This document shows positions 1 through 9,480 of a stretch of DNA of 64,000 nucleotides, piece after piece. The translations under genes were made by a program, and so were the position numbers. This DNA is from Acidobacteriota bacterium (GTDB lineage: Bacteria > Acidobacteriota > UBA6911 > RPQK01 > JAJDTT01). The notes under the pieces were generated by a model. The model was given only the letters and a program-made list of their open reading frames with translations. It had not been told where the DNA came from and searched no databases. The stretch is from assembly GCA_965263035.1 (NCBI GenBank), contig OZ253580.1, positions 1,824,001 through 1,888,000 on the forward strand, given 5' to 3'. The stretch's first letter is position 1; every line of letters begins with the position of its first letter.

Positions 1-1
1 C

Positions 2-1015
2 GATCCGGACCCCGGACGGCGCTTCAAGATGGTCCGGGAGGAACACCCCCGGGCCATCATGGCGGCCTACAGTCCCGACGGGCTGCACTGGACCGACTCC
101 TCCAACAACCCCATCATCAAGAGTAGCGGCCTGGAGACCGGCGGCCTGATTCGATTCAACGGCTTCTACTACCTGAATGGTCAGGGAGGGCCGATCCCCC
201 ACCCCGTCCCCAAGGCCCGGAACCGAATCATGGTCACATTCGTCTCCCACGACTTCGACCACTGGAGCGACGCGGCCCATCTCAGCTTCCGGAGGGATCC
301 CATCCCGCCGCGTCCTCTCAACGATTTCGAGATCCATCGCGGCGAACAGGTCCACATGGGGGCCAGCCTCTGGAACCGGGGCAACGTGATCCTTGGTTTC
401 TACGGCCAGTACCACAATCAGACCAATGACCGGCGCTACTCCACCTGCGACCTGGGCCTGGTGGTGAGCCACGACGCCATCCATTTCAAGGAGCCGATCC
501 CCGACTTCAAGATCCTGCCCTCCTACGAGGAGCCGGATGGGGCCGAACCGCGGCTGATCCAGGGTCAGGGCTTCGAGAACATCGGCGACCGGACCTTCTT
601 CTGGTACAGCATCTGGGTCGCGTTCAATCCGGAGGGGCCCACCGGCGTCCGTCTGGCCACTTGGGACCGGGACCGGCTGGGATACTTCAAGGCGGCACCC
701 CGGACGGAGGGCGCCCATTTCTTCTCCGCGCCGATCCGGTTGGATTCCCGGCGAGCGGAGATCTACGTCAACGCCGGAGGACTGTCCGAGAAGAGCCAAC
801 TCCGGGTCGAGGTCCTGGACGACCGATTCCAGCCGTTGCCGGGCTACTCCGGCGAGGATTCGATGCCACTCCTGGAATCGGGCCTGCGCCAGCGCGTGAC
901 CTGGCGCGGCAAGGACCAGCTCGAAGGGGTGGACCGTCCGGTCCGTGTCCGTGTGAACTGGGAAGGGATTTACCCGGAAGATGCTCGCTTGTATGCCGTC
1001 TACGTGGTGGAGTAG
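2..1015 (+). CDS. GH32/43/130-like beta-propeller protein, paralog 1 (5' partial)
   Basis: Frame is open from the window start (DPDPGRRFKM, matching DPDPQRRFKM in the 29184 paralog); SxDGxxW repeats; C-terminal domain shared with four other paralogs. Confidence 0.7.
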   Translation, partial: DPDPGRRFKMVREEHPRAIMAAYSPDGLHWTDSSNNPIIKSSGLETGGLIRFNGFYYLNGQGGPIPHPVPKARNRIMVTFVSHDFDHWSDAAHLSFRRDPIPPRPLNDFEIHRGEQVHMGASLWNRGNVILGFYGQYHNQTNDRRYSTCDLGLVVSHDAIHFKEPIPDFKILPSYEEPDGAEPRLIQGQGFENIGDRTFFWYSIWVAFNPEGPTGVRLATWDRDRLGYFKAAPRTEGAHFFSAPIRLDSRRAEIYVNAGGLSEKSQLRVEVLDDRFQPLPGYSGEDSMPLLESGLRQRVTWRGKDQLEGVDRPVRVRVNWEGIYPEDARLYAVYVVE

Positions 1016-1221
1016 CCAGCGTTTTTCCGGGCGCGGGTTCGATGTCCAGCTACTCTCTCGGGTTGGACCGCCAAGACTCGACTTACATGATCGTTTCAGG
1101 CATTGTGGCGAAGGTTCATCCGCGTTTCCCATTTGGCTGTAGGGGCGCCAAGCCTCCAAATGGAAAAGGACGGACAAACCCTACTGCTGAATAGAGTTAG
1201 AATCTGCCAGGAAGGTCGCCC

Positions 1222-2835
1222 ATGCCCGGAATGATCGTCGCTCCCCAGCCCGTGGCGGTGGAAGAGGGGGCCAAGGTCCTGATGTCGGGCGGCAACGCGA
1301 TCGATGCCGCCGTCACCTGCGCCCTGGTGCAGTCGGTCCTGAGCCTCCACATGTGCGGGATCGGCGGCTACATCATCCCGACCCTCCACCTCGCCGGCGA
1401 TTCCAAGCGGAAGGGACGGGTCCTGGATGCTCCCGCTCTGGCCGGTTCGAAAGCCTCCCCAGCCATGTGGGAAGAGGCGGTCCTGGGACCCAACCCCGAC
1501 GGCTGGGGCTTCTTCCTGAAGGACAAGGTCAACGACCTCGGGTATCAGTCCATCTGCGTCCCCGGAGCGGTCAAGGGATTCGCCGCCATGCTGGAGCGCT
1601 GGGGAACCCTTTCCTGGCGGACGGTCCTGGAGCCCGCGGCCAGAATCGCCCGGGAGGGGTTCGTGGTGGACAAGACACTGGCGGACGGATGGAGGGCGAG
1701 GCCGGCCTATCCTGAAGCCTCCTGTCTGCTGGACTACGTCCAGGGCAACGCCGAGGCGAGCCGGATCTATCTCAACCCGGACGGACTTCCCCGCGAGGTC
1801 GGGGATCGGCTGACCAACCCCGACTACGCCGCAACCCTCGAACACCTGGCCGAACATGGCCCCGAAGATTTCTACCGGGGGGAATTGGCGGAAATCATGG
1901 CCGCCGACCTTGCGGCAAACGGCAGCTTCGTGACCGCAGGAGACCTGGCCGGTTACCGGCTCCGGGATCCTGAGCCGGTCGTGGGCAGCTATCGAGGATA
2001 TCGCGTGGTGAGTTCCCAGCCTCCGCACGGGGGTCCGACCCTGGTGGCCATCCTCAACATCCTGGAGGGCTGGGATCTTCCCAGCCTGGGACACAACTCC
2101 CCGGCCTATATCGAGCGCGTGGCCATGGCCATGAAGGCCGCCTTCGCCGACCGGAGTCTGCACCTGGCCGATCCGGATTTCGTGGAGGTTCCCCTGGACT
2201 GGATGATCTCCAAGGAACGGGCATCCCATTGGCGCCGCACCATCGAGGAGGGCGGAAGCATCAGCGTGGAGCCCATGGCGCCGGAACCTCCCGACACGAC
2301 CCAGGTCAACGTGGTGGACTCTGAGGGAAACTGCGTCTCGCTGACCCACTCCCTGGGAGTCTCGTCCGGAGTGATCACTCCGGGCCTGGGCTTCATGTAC
2401 AACAACTCCATGATCAACTTTCACCCCCTGGCCGGGCATCCCAACTCCATCGCTCCGGGCAAGGGGCGAACCACGGGAATGACTCCGACCCTGGTCTACC
2501 AGGGAGATCGGCCGGTGGTGGTGATCGGCGCGCCCGGGGCGACTCGAATCATCACCTCCGTCCTCCAGGTCCTGGTCAACATCCTGGATTTCGGGATGAG
2601 CGCCAGCGACGCGGTGCTGGCTCCCCGTTTCGACTGCCAGGGTGGCCTGATCCGTTGCCAGGCTCGTATCCCCGAATTCGTTTGCGCCCAGGTCCGCAAG
2701 GATCACCCCATCGAGCGGCTGCCCCTGAGTCACGGGGGGATGGGGCTGGTTCACGCCATTGTCATCGATCCCGAGACCGGACAACTCTCGGGAGGCGCCG
2801 ACGCCGGCAGCGGTGGCATGGCGCTGCTAACATGA
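1222..2835 (+). CDS. ggt: Gamma-glutamyltransferase family Ntn-hydrolase, no signal peptide
   Basis: GGNAIDAA, GIGG, VPG, nucleophile motif DTTQVNVVD..GN.VSLTHS, YNNSMINF, GAPGA. Confidence 0.9.
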   Translation: MPGMIVAPQPVAVEEGAKVLMSGGNAIDAAVTCALVQSVLSLHMCGIGGYIIPTLHLAGDSKRKGRVLDAPALAGSKASPAMWEEAVLGPNPDGWGFFLKDKVNDLGYQSICVPGAVKGFAAMLERWGTLSWRTVLEPAARIAREGFVVDKTLADGWRARPAYPEASCLLDYVQGNAEASRIYLNPDGLPREVGDRLTNPDYAATLEHLAEHGPEDFYRGELAEIMAADLAANGSFVTAGDLAGYRLRDPEPVVGSYRGYRVVSSQPPHGGPTLVAILNILEGWDLPSLGHNSPAYIERVAMAMKAAFADRSLHLADPDFVEVPLDWMISKERASHWRRTIEEGGSISVEPMAPEPPDTTQVNVVDSEGNCVSLTHSLGVSSGVITPGLGFMYNNSMINFHPLAGHPNSIAPGKGRTTGMTPTLVYQGDRPVVVIGAPGATRIITSVLQVLVNILDFGMSASDAVLAPRFDCQGGLIRCQARIPEFVCAQVRKDHPIERLPLSHGGMGLVHAIVIDPETGQLSGGADAGSGGMALLT

Positions 2836-2854
2836 ATTCAGAAGGGATCGACCC

Positions 2855-4651
2855 ATGAGCCAGAACCTGATCGCCCTGCAGAACAAGTTTCTGGGTCACG
2901 GACAGACCGTCTACGACGAGCTCTCGAAGCTCCACGAACGGCAGGGCTACATCGGCGACCAGGACATCGACCGTCTGGCCCGCCAGCACCACCTCCCTCC
3001 CCAGCAGATCCGGGCGACGGCCAAGTTCTATGAGGAACTCTCGCACGACCGGCCGGCCGAAAGGGTCATCAAGGTCTGCAACGGCGAGGCCTGCCGGGTC
3101 GCCGGCTTCGTTTCCTGCGAGGAACAGCTTCTTGAAGCGTGCGCCCTCGACGCTCCCGGGGGCGTCGGCGCCAACGGGGTGCGGCTCGAGCACGTCACCT
3201 GTCTCGGCTATTGCGGCCTGGGTCCCAATGTCATGCTCGACAACGAGCCGGTCAGTCTCGCCGGCGAAGGCGCACTGGAGTCAGTGCTGGAGTACGCCCG
3301 GGCCGGGGCTCCCCATGGACTGACCGAACCCAACAATCCGATCCACATGCCGGATGCCGGTGAACCCTGCATTCTGCTCAGGCGGTTCGATCGGAATGTG
3401 GTGTCTCTGCAAGGCGCCCGTGAGGCCGGAGTCTACAACTCGCTGGAAAAGGCACTCACGGAAATGACCCCCGGGGAGGTGATCGACCAGACCAAAGCGA
3501 GTCGGCTTCGAGGGCGCGGAGGCGCCGGTTTCCCCTCTGGCATCAAGCTGGAAACGGTTTCGCGCGCCCAGTCGGCCGACGGCCGCAAGTTCGTGGTGGT
3601 CAACTGCGACGAAGGGGACGCCGGCTCCTACATCGACAAGGAACTGATGGAGCGAGACCCCCATACTCAATTGGAAGGAGCTCTGCTGGCCGCCTATTCC
3701 TGCGGCGCCCAGGAGGTCATCCTCTACATCCGCTTCGAGTACCCCCGCCTGCTCCGAGTGATGCGCCAAGCCATCGCAGACGCCGAGGGAGCGGGCCTCA
3801 TCGGTTCGAATATTCTGGGAAGCGATTTCTCCTGCCGGGTACGGATCGTCAAGGGTCAGGGGGCGTACATCTGCGGCGAGGAGACCTCACTGCTCAGGTC
3901 CATCGAAGGGGTCCCGGCCATCGTCAGCTTCAAGCCGCCCTTCCCCGCCGAGAAGGGGCTCTACGGCTGCCCCACGGCGGTGAACAACGTCGAGACCCTG
4001 CACAACCTGCCCTGGATCATTGAACACGGCGGTAAAGCCTTTGCCGCCTACGGGCATGGCAACTCCCGAGGCACCAAGCTGGTCAGCCTCAACACCCGGG
4101 TCCGGCGGCCGGGGGTCTACGAGATCGAGTTGGGCGTCACCTTGCGGGAGCTGGTTTTCGATCGGGCCGGCGGGATGGTTCCCGGGGAGGTCTTCAAGGC
4201 GGTCCAGGTGGGAGGGCCCTTGGGAGGCATCCTGCCCGAGAGCAAGCTGGACACGCCCTTGGCGTTCGAGACCATGGCCGAAGCCGGCGGCATTCTGGGG
4301 CACGCCGGAGTGGTCGTCTATTCCCAACGGGACGATCTGGTGGAGATCGGACGGGCCCTGATGGCCTTCTGCGCCGTCGAAAGCTGCGGAAAGTGCTTCC
4401 CCTGCCGCATCGGCGCCGTGCGGGGCACCGAACTGTTCGACCAGTTCCTGGACCCGAACGGCATCGGCGTGACCGACGACAAGCTGCAGTTGCTCTCAGA
4501 ACTGTGCGAGACCATGAAGTACGGCAGCCTCTGCGCCTTGGGCGGGATGATCCCCATTCCCATCGAGAACCTGATGGAGTTCTTTCCCGAAGAGATCGAC
4601 AGGTACCGGAGAGGAAAGAGGAAAGAGGAGAGAGAAAAGAGTCAAGAGTGA
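2855..4651 (+). CDS. NAD-dependent formate dehydrogenase gamma-beta fusion (NuoE+NuoF-like, FdsG-FdsB)
   Basis: N-terminal 2Fe-2S Cys motif (VCNGEAC...CLGYC) followed by RGRGGAGFP, NCDEGD, YICGEET and CGKCFPC...C; lies directly upstream of the FDH alpha subunit. Confidence 0.88.
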   Translation: MSQNLIALQNKFLGHGQTVYDELSKLHERQGYIGDQDIDRLARQHHLPPQQIRATAKFYEELSHDRPAERVIKVCNGEACRVAGFVSCEEQLLEACALDAPGGVGANGVRLEHVTCLGYCGLGPNVMLDNEPVSLAGEGALESVLEYARAGAPHGLTEPNNPIHMPDAGEPCILLRRFDRNVVSLQGAREAGVYNSLEKALTEMTPGEVIDQTKASRLRGRGGAGFPSGIKLETVSRAQSADGRKFVVVNCDEGDAGSYIDKELMERDPHTQLEGALLAAYSCGAQEVILYIRFEYPRLLRVMRQAIADAEGAGLIGSNILGSDFSCRVRIVKGQGAYICGEETSLLRSIEGVPAIVSFKPPFPAEKGLYGCPTAVNNVETLHNLPWIIEHGGKAFAAYGHGNSRGTKLVSLNTRVRRPGVYEIELGVTLRELVFDRAGGMVPGEVFKAVQVGGPLGGILPESKLDTPLAFETMAEAGGILGHAGVVVYSQRDDLVEIGRALMAFCAVESCGKCFPCRIGAVRGTELFDQFLDPNGIGVTDDKLQLLSELCETMKYGSLCALGGMIPIPIENLMEFFPEEIDRYRRGKRKEEREKSQE

Positions 4652-4809
4652 AGAAAGGCGCGTAGTTTACGCGTAGCGGGCACCTCAACCGAAAATGATC
4701 TCGTCAGGAATACTGGAGCCAGATTGGTTCGAAGCCCTGTTTCTCCCCTGAATCCGCCGGGGCCCAGCCGGTGAGGGAGCTTTTCTCTTTCCTCATTTTC
4801 TCTTTCCTC
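4611..4809. repeat. Purine-rich heptamer tandem repeats (GAGGAAA-like) with an inverted counterpart
   Basis: GAGGAAA GAGGAAA GAGGAGA GAGAAAA GAGTCAA GAGTGAA at 4611-4652; complementary TTTTCTC TTTCCTC ATTTTCTC TTTCCTC at 4781-4809. Confidence 0.7.
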
Positions 4810-4895
4810 CGGTGGAATTTGGTGTCCCTCAGGTCCGGTCAGGCTTAATTTCATGAAACATAGTAGACTGGCAGGTATCGCATAGGAATTCGCTT

Positions 4896-7715
4896 ATGAG
4901 CCAACAGAACGGGCATGTATCCGCGACCATCGATGGACGATCCGTTAACGTCCCTCGCGGAGCGACCATTCTGGAGGCCATGAAGCCCATTGGGCGCACC
5001 GTTCCCACGCTCTGCTACTCCGATCGAATGGAACCGTTCGGCGCCTGCCGGACCTGCCTGGTGGAGCAGGTGGGAGGCAAACCGGTCGCTTCGTGCCACA
5101 CCCAGGTGCGGGAGGGCGGCGCCTACACCACCCGGTCCCCCCTGCTCACCCGCCTGCGGCGCAACATCACCGAGCTGATCGTTTCGGACCATCCTCTCGA
5201 ATGCCTGGACTGCACCGCCAACGGGCGCTGCGAGCTCCAGTCGCTGGCCCAGGACGTGGGTCTGCGAACCCCTCGCTACGAGAATCCTCGCATCCACACC
5301 CCGTCCATGGACAACACCCATCCCTTCATCAAGCTGGAGATGGACAAGTGCATCGGCTGTGCCCGATGCGTGCGGGCGTGCGACGAGATCCAGGGTTCCT
5401 TCATCCTGGGAATGTCCGGCCGCGGCTATGACGTCCAGGTTATCGCCGGCAACGACACCGGGTTCGAAGAGGCCGACTGCGTCAGCTGCGGCCAGTGCGT
5501 GTTCGAGTGTCCTGTGGCCGCCCTGGAGGAAACCCAGACCCGAGCCCATGGCTTGCCTGACGAGACCGTCACCACGACCTGCAGTTACTGCGGGGTCGGG
5601 TGCTCCCTGAACGTGAACATGAAGGACGGGGAGATCGTCAACATCGAGCCGAATCCCGAAGGGAGCGCGAATCTGGGCCACACCTGCGTCAAAGGCCGGT
5701 TCGCCCACCAGTTCGGCAAAAGCAAGGACCGGCTGCGAGTTCCCCTGATCAAGGACGGCGAGGGCAACTTCCGCGAGGCGTCCTGGGACGAGGCCTTCGG
5801 CCTGATCGCCCGCAACCTGTTGGAGGTCCGGGAACGGTACGGACCGGAAGGCTTCGCCTTCATCAGTTCCTCCCGCTGCACCAACGAAGAGAATTTCCTG
5901 ACCCAGAAGTTTACCCGCACCATCATGCGGACCAACTCCGTGGATAATTGTTCGCGAGTCTGCCACTCCCCGTCGGCCTTCGCTCTGGGGGCCGCGTTGG
6001 GGACGGGGGCGGGAACCAACAGCTTCCAGGACGTGGAGAAGTCGAAGCTGCTCATGATCGTGGGCGCCAACCCCACCGAGGCTCATCCGGTCTTCGGCGC
6101 CCGCATGAAACAGGCCGTCCTCAAGGGCTGCCAGCTCATCGTGCTGGATCCCCGGAACACGGAACTGGCCCGGTGGGCGGACCTCCACCTGCCTCTGACA
6201 CCTGGTTCAAACGTCGCCGTCATCAATGCCATGCAGCATGTCCTCCTGACGGAGAGGCTCATCGACCAGGACTTCATCGACCGGTACAGCGAAGGCTTCG
6301 AGGAACTCAAGGCCGAGTTGGGGTCCTGTACGCCCGAGTGGGCCGGTGAGATCAGTGGAGTGGAACCCGATCTGATCCGGCAAGCGGCCCGGATGTATGC
6401 GGGCAGCGGCGCCAGCCAGATCCTCTGGGGTCTGGGAGTGACCGAAGCCGGACACGGGTCCAATGCCGTATTCGGCATGATCAACATGGCCGTCATGACC
6501 GGAAACATCGGCCGGCCGGGCACCGGAACCTGTCCCATCCGGGGACAGAACAACGTTCAGGGCGCGTCCGACATGGGTGCGCTGCCCAACGTCTTCAGCG
6601 ACTACCGCAAGACCACGGATCCCCAGGCCCGGGCCGAGCACGAGGAGGTCTGGGGATGTCCTGTACCGGACAACACGGGTCTGCGCATTCCCGACATGTT
6701 CGACGCGGCGCACGCGGGGACTCTCAAGGCCATGTACGTGCTGGCCGAAGACATCGCCCAGTCGGACCCGGATACGGCCCATGTGGTGGGGGCTCTGGAA
6801 AAGCTGGACTTCCTGGTGGTCCAGGACATCTTCATGTGTGAGACGGCGAAGTACGCCGACGTCGTGCTGCCCGGCTCCACCTTCCTGGAAAAGAACGGCA
6901 CCTTCACCAACTCCGATCGCCGTATCCAGCCCGTCCGCGAAGTGGCGGCGCCTCCCGGCGAACTCATGGCCGACGGAGACGTGGTCAACACGGTGGCCCG
7001 CCGCATGGGTTTCGACCTCGGTTTCGACGACGGCCCGGGGACCCCCATCGATCCCAGCCGGATCATGGACGAGATCGCCCGGCTCACTCCCAAATGGGGC
7101 GGCGTCCGTTACGACCGGCTCGAGAAGGAGGGGTTCCTCCAGTGGCCCTGCTACGACGAGAACCACCCGGGCACGGAAATCGTCCACGAGGGAGGCGACT
7201 TCCTGCGCGGCAAGGCGAAGTTGACGGTCACGCCGTGGCAGGAGCCAGGCGAGCTGCCCAGCGACGAATTCCCCTTCTATCTGACCACCGGCCGAATGCT
7301 GTTCCACTACAACGTGGGCACGCAGACCCGCCGCACCGCCGTGAGCAAGCTGGACAAGGCCCGGGAAGAGAAGGTCCGGATCCATCCTCGCGACGCCCGC
7401 TCCCTGGGCATCAAAGCGGAAGAAATGGTGGACGTCATTTCCCGGCGGGGACGAGTCCGGGTCAAGGCCGAGATCACCAAGGCCAGCAACGTGGGCACCG
7501 TCTTCATGACCTTCCACTATCCCGAGACCCGCACCAACATCCTGGTGGGAGACGCCAAGGACGAGTTCACCGGTTGTCCCGAGTACAAGGTCAGCGCGGT
7601 TCGGCTGGAGAAGGTGGTCACCGGGATCGAAGAGAGCTTTACCCTGCCCGGCGTGACCATCGAAGGTGAGCCGGTGCCGGTGGATCACCGGGAACTGGCC
7701 CTGGCCAAGGCCTAG
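4896..7715 (+). CDS. fdhF: Formate dehydrogenase alpha subunit (FdsA/FdhF type, Mo/W-bisPGD, Cys ligand)
   Basis: N-terminal 2Fe-2S and 4Fe-4S motifs, CSYCGVGC, active-site NCSRVCH, RGQNNVQG, C-terminal molydopterin-binding domain. Confidence 0.93.
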   Translation: MSQQNGHVSATIDGRSVNVPRGATILEAMKPIGRTVPTLCYSDRMEPFGACRTCLVEQVGGKPVASCHTQVREGGAYTTRSPLLTRLRRNITELIVSDHPLECLDCTANGRCELQSLAQDVGLRTPRYENPRIHTPSMDNTHPFIKLEMDKCIGCARCVRACDEIQGSFILGMSGRGYDVQVIAGNDTGFEEADCVSCGQCVFECPVAALEETQTRAHGLPDETVTTTCSYCGVGCSLNVNMKDGEIVNIEPNPEGSANLGHTCVKGRFAHQFGKSKDRLRVPLIKDGEGNFREASWDEAFGLIARNLLEVRERYGPEGFAFISSSRCTNEENFLTQKFTRTIMRTNSVDNCSRVCHSPSAFALGAALGTGAGTNSFQDVEKSKLLMIVGANPTEAHPVFGARMKQAVLKGCQLIVLDPRNTELARWADLHLPLTPGSNVAVINAMQHVLLTERLIDQDFIDRYSEGFEELKAELGSCTPEWAGEISGVEPDLIRQAARMYAGSGASQILWGLGVTEAGHGSNAVFGMINMAVMTGNIGRPGTGTCPIRGQNNVQGASDMGALPNVFSDYRKTTDPQARAEHEEVWGCPVPDNTGLRIPDMFDAAHAGTLKAMYVLAEDIAQSDPDTAHVVGALEKLDFLVVQDIFMCETAKYADVVLPGSTFLEKNGTFTNSDRRIQPVREVAAPPGELMADGDVVNTVARRMGFDLGFDDGPGTPIDPSRIMDEIARLTPKWGGVRYDRLEKEGFLQWPCYDENHPGTEIVHEGGDFLRGKAKLTVTPWQEPGELPSDEFPFYLTTGRMLFHYNVGTQTRRTAVSKLDKAREEKVRIHPRDARSLGIKAEEMVDVISRRGRVRVKAEITKASNVGTVFMTFHYPETRTNILVGDAKDEFTGCPEYKVSAVRLEKVVTGIEESFTLPGVTIEGEPVPVDHRELALAKA

Positions 7716-7734
7716 TTCAAGCTCGGTCCCCGTT

Positions 7735-7954
7735 TCAGTTCGCGGAATCCAGCCCGAAGTGTTTCATCTGCCGGCAGATCTGGTCCCAGGTCTCGCCGTC
7801 CACCTCAATGCCTTCCGTCTCCCGTCTCCGAGCGGTCCGGAATTCCGGCTCGCCGGGGAGCAGGATCTCCTGGAAACCGGGAGCCAGACGGCTGGTTCGG
7901 ATGTGGGCAATCATGGCATCCAGTTCGTCGTAGTAGGTCTCCAGTTCGGTGAAG
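7735..7954 (-). pseudogene. Orphan 3' fragment of the Ldh_2 oxidoreductase gene at 9472-10515
   Basis: 7753-7954 aligns without gaps to 9484-9685 (9 mismatches in 202 bp by manual comparison); ends ...KHFGLDSAN-stop. Confidence 0.9.
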
Positions 7955-7987
7955 GGTGCAGCCCTCCCCGGAAAAGCGGTAAACAAG

Positions 7988-9313
7988 AAGGGGACAGTCT
8001 GTTTTTCCGCGCTGGGTCGAGTTTCCCCGGTTGCTTCCGGAAACCCGAGGTTTGCTGATTTTCTTGAGTTTCCTTCGTCTGTCTCAATTCTGAATCGTTG
8101 TTGTCATCAGAGGGACGAACCGATCCCCGCCGAGTCCGAGTCCGGTGAACCGAGGACCGTGGCCATGGCCCGAACCGCACGACACAAGAGCTCAGAAGCC
8201 GCCTTCTATCACCTCACCAATCGAGTCACCGGCTGGACCGATTGGTTCCCCTTTGAAAACCGCCAAGCCCGTCGCAAACTCCTGAACATGATGTTGTTCT
8301 ATGTGGCTGTCTACCGGTGTCGTTTGGCCGCGTTCCAGATCATGGGCAATCACTTCCACTTCATCGTCCATTTTGAGAAACCTCGCCCCTTGTCCCGCGA
8401 GGAGTTGTGGGAGAGCGCCCACAAACTTTATGGACGAAAAGCAGAGGTGACAACCGCCCGTTGGACCGACGCCCAATGGGAGGCTTTCAACCAGCGTCTA
8501 TTTGACGTGTCCAAACTGATGGCGAACTTGGACGGGCAATATGCCACGTGGTTCAACCACGAGTTTGCACGGCGAGGCCATTTTTGGGGTGATCGTTTCA
8601 AGAACCCGGAGCTCCTGGGACGCCAAGCCGTCCAGGATGCCATCCTCTACGTGGAACTCAATGCCGTCCGGGCCGGACTGGTCAAAAGGCCCGAGCAGTG
8701 GAAGTGGGGCTCGGCCCGCTGGAGACTCACCGGCAAGGACCAAGACCTGATTCCACTGGAGGAACTGTTCCCCTCGGATCCCGGAACGGACCTGTACAGC
8801 AGTTACCGGGCTCGCTTGTACTATCGAGGAGCCGTCCCCACCCGGGAGGACCAGGCCGCGATCCCCCGGTGGATCCTCCATCAGGAGCAGCGACGTGGAT
8901 TTACCCGTCCCGGAGCTTTTCGCCGGCGTTTGCGATTTCTGACGGACGGATTGGCCGTCGGGCCGGCAGAGAAGGTGGCGCAGCTGCTGGAGACTTATCG
9001 GCAGCAAGGTCGATATCGACGTCGCCGACACCCCATCCCCCAACTGGGCGGAGTGTTGTTTTCCTTGCGGGAGCAGCGCTCGAACGCCTTCGTCACGTAG
9101 ACCCGCCTGATCGCCGACCGTCGATTCTGCCACCGCGGCACCCAACGACCCAGATCACGGGAACCACCCAATAGACTGAATTGTCCTCTTAGTCCGAAGT
9201 TCCAGACTCAGAGACAAGATAACTCCTCGATTATAAAAGGATAACTGACGAATCGGACTAGTTGTCCACTGGGAACACCTTGACCAACGCCCGGGAATCG
9301 AGACCGTCCCTTT
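7988..9313 (+). mobile_element. Putative Y1/RAYT transposase unit bounded by short imperfect inverted repeats
   Basis: AAGGGGACAGTC (7988-7999) and GACCGTCCCTTT (9302-9313) are inverted with 10/12 matches and enclose the transposase and AT-richer flanks. Confidence 0.5.
8165..9100 (+). CDS. HUH Y1 transposase (REP-associated tyrosine transposase-like)
   Basis: MARTAR..FYHLTNR, IMGNHFH (HUH), GHFWGDRFK, YVELNAVRAGLV..PEQWKWGS (catalytic Tyr). Start placed at ATG 8165 rather than 7949. Confidence 0.88.
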   Translation: MARTARHKSSEAAFYHLTNRVTGWTDWFPFENRQARRKLLNMMLFYVAVYRCRLAAFQIMGNHFHFIVHFEKPRPLSREELWESAHKLYGRKAEVTTARWTDAQWEAFNQRLFDVSKLMANLDGQYATWFNHEFARRGHFWGDRFKNPELLGRQAVQDAILYVELNAVRAGLVKRPEQWKWGSARWRLTGKDQDLIPLEELFPSDPGTDLYSSYRARLYYRGAVPTREDQAAIPRWILHQEQRRGFTRPGAFRRRLRFLTDGLAVGPAEKVAQLLETYRQQGRYRRRRHPIPQLGGVLFSLREQRSNAFVT

Positions 9314-9321
9314 CCTTCGCG

Positions 9322-9480
9322 CTACGAACTGTCCCTACGAACTCTACGCGAACTGCGAACTGTCCCTACGAACTCTACGCGAACTGTCCCTACGAACTCC
9401 TCCCCTAATTCGCGCTACGAACTGCGATCCTCTCTACGAACTGCTCCCCTACGAACTGCTACGAACTGTCCCTACGAACT
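9322..9480. repeat. Irregular tandem array of CTACGAACT / GAACTGTCCCTAC units (half-REP-like)
   Basis: Exact CTACGAACT at 9322, 9335, 9366, 9390, 9415, 9434, 9449, 9459 and 9472, plus two CTACGCGAACT variants. Confidence 0.92.

Noticed and set aside
5935-5975. Selenocysteine in the FDH active site
   Set aside because: The ligand codon is TGC (Cys) and there is no in-frame TGA.
9322-9480. Possible CRISPR array
   Set aside because: The units are 9-16 nt with no unique spacers of regular length, and there are no cas genes in the window.
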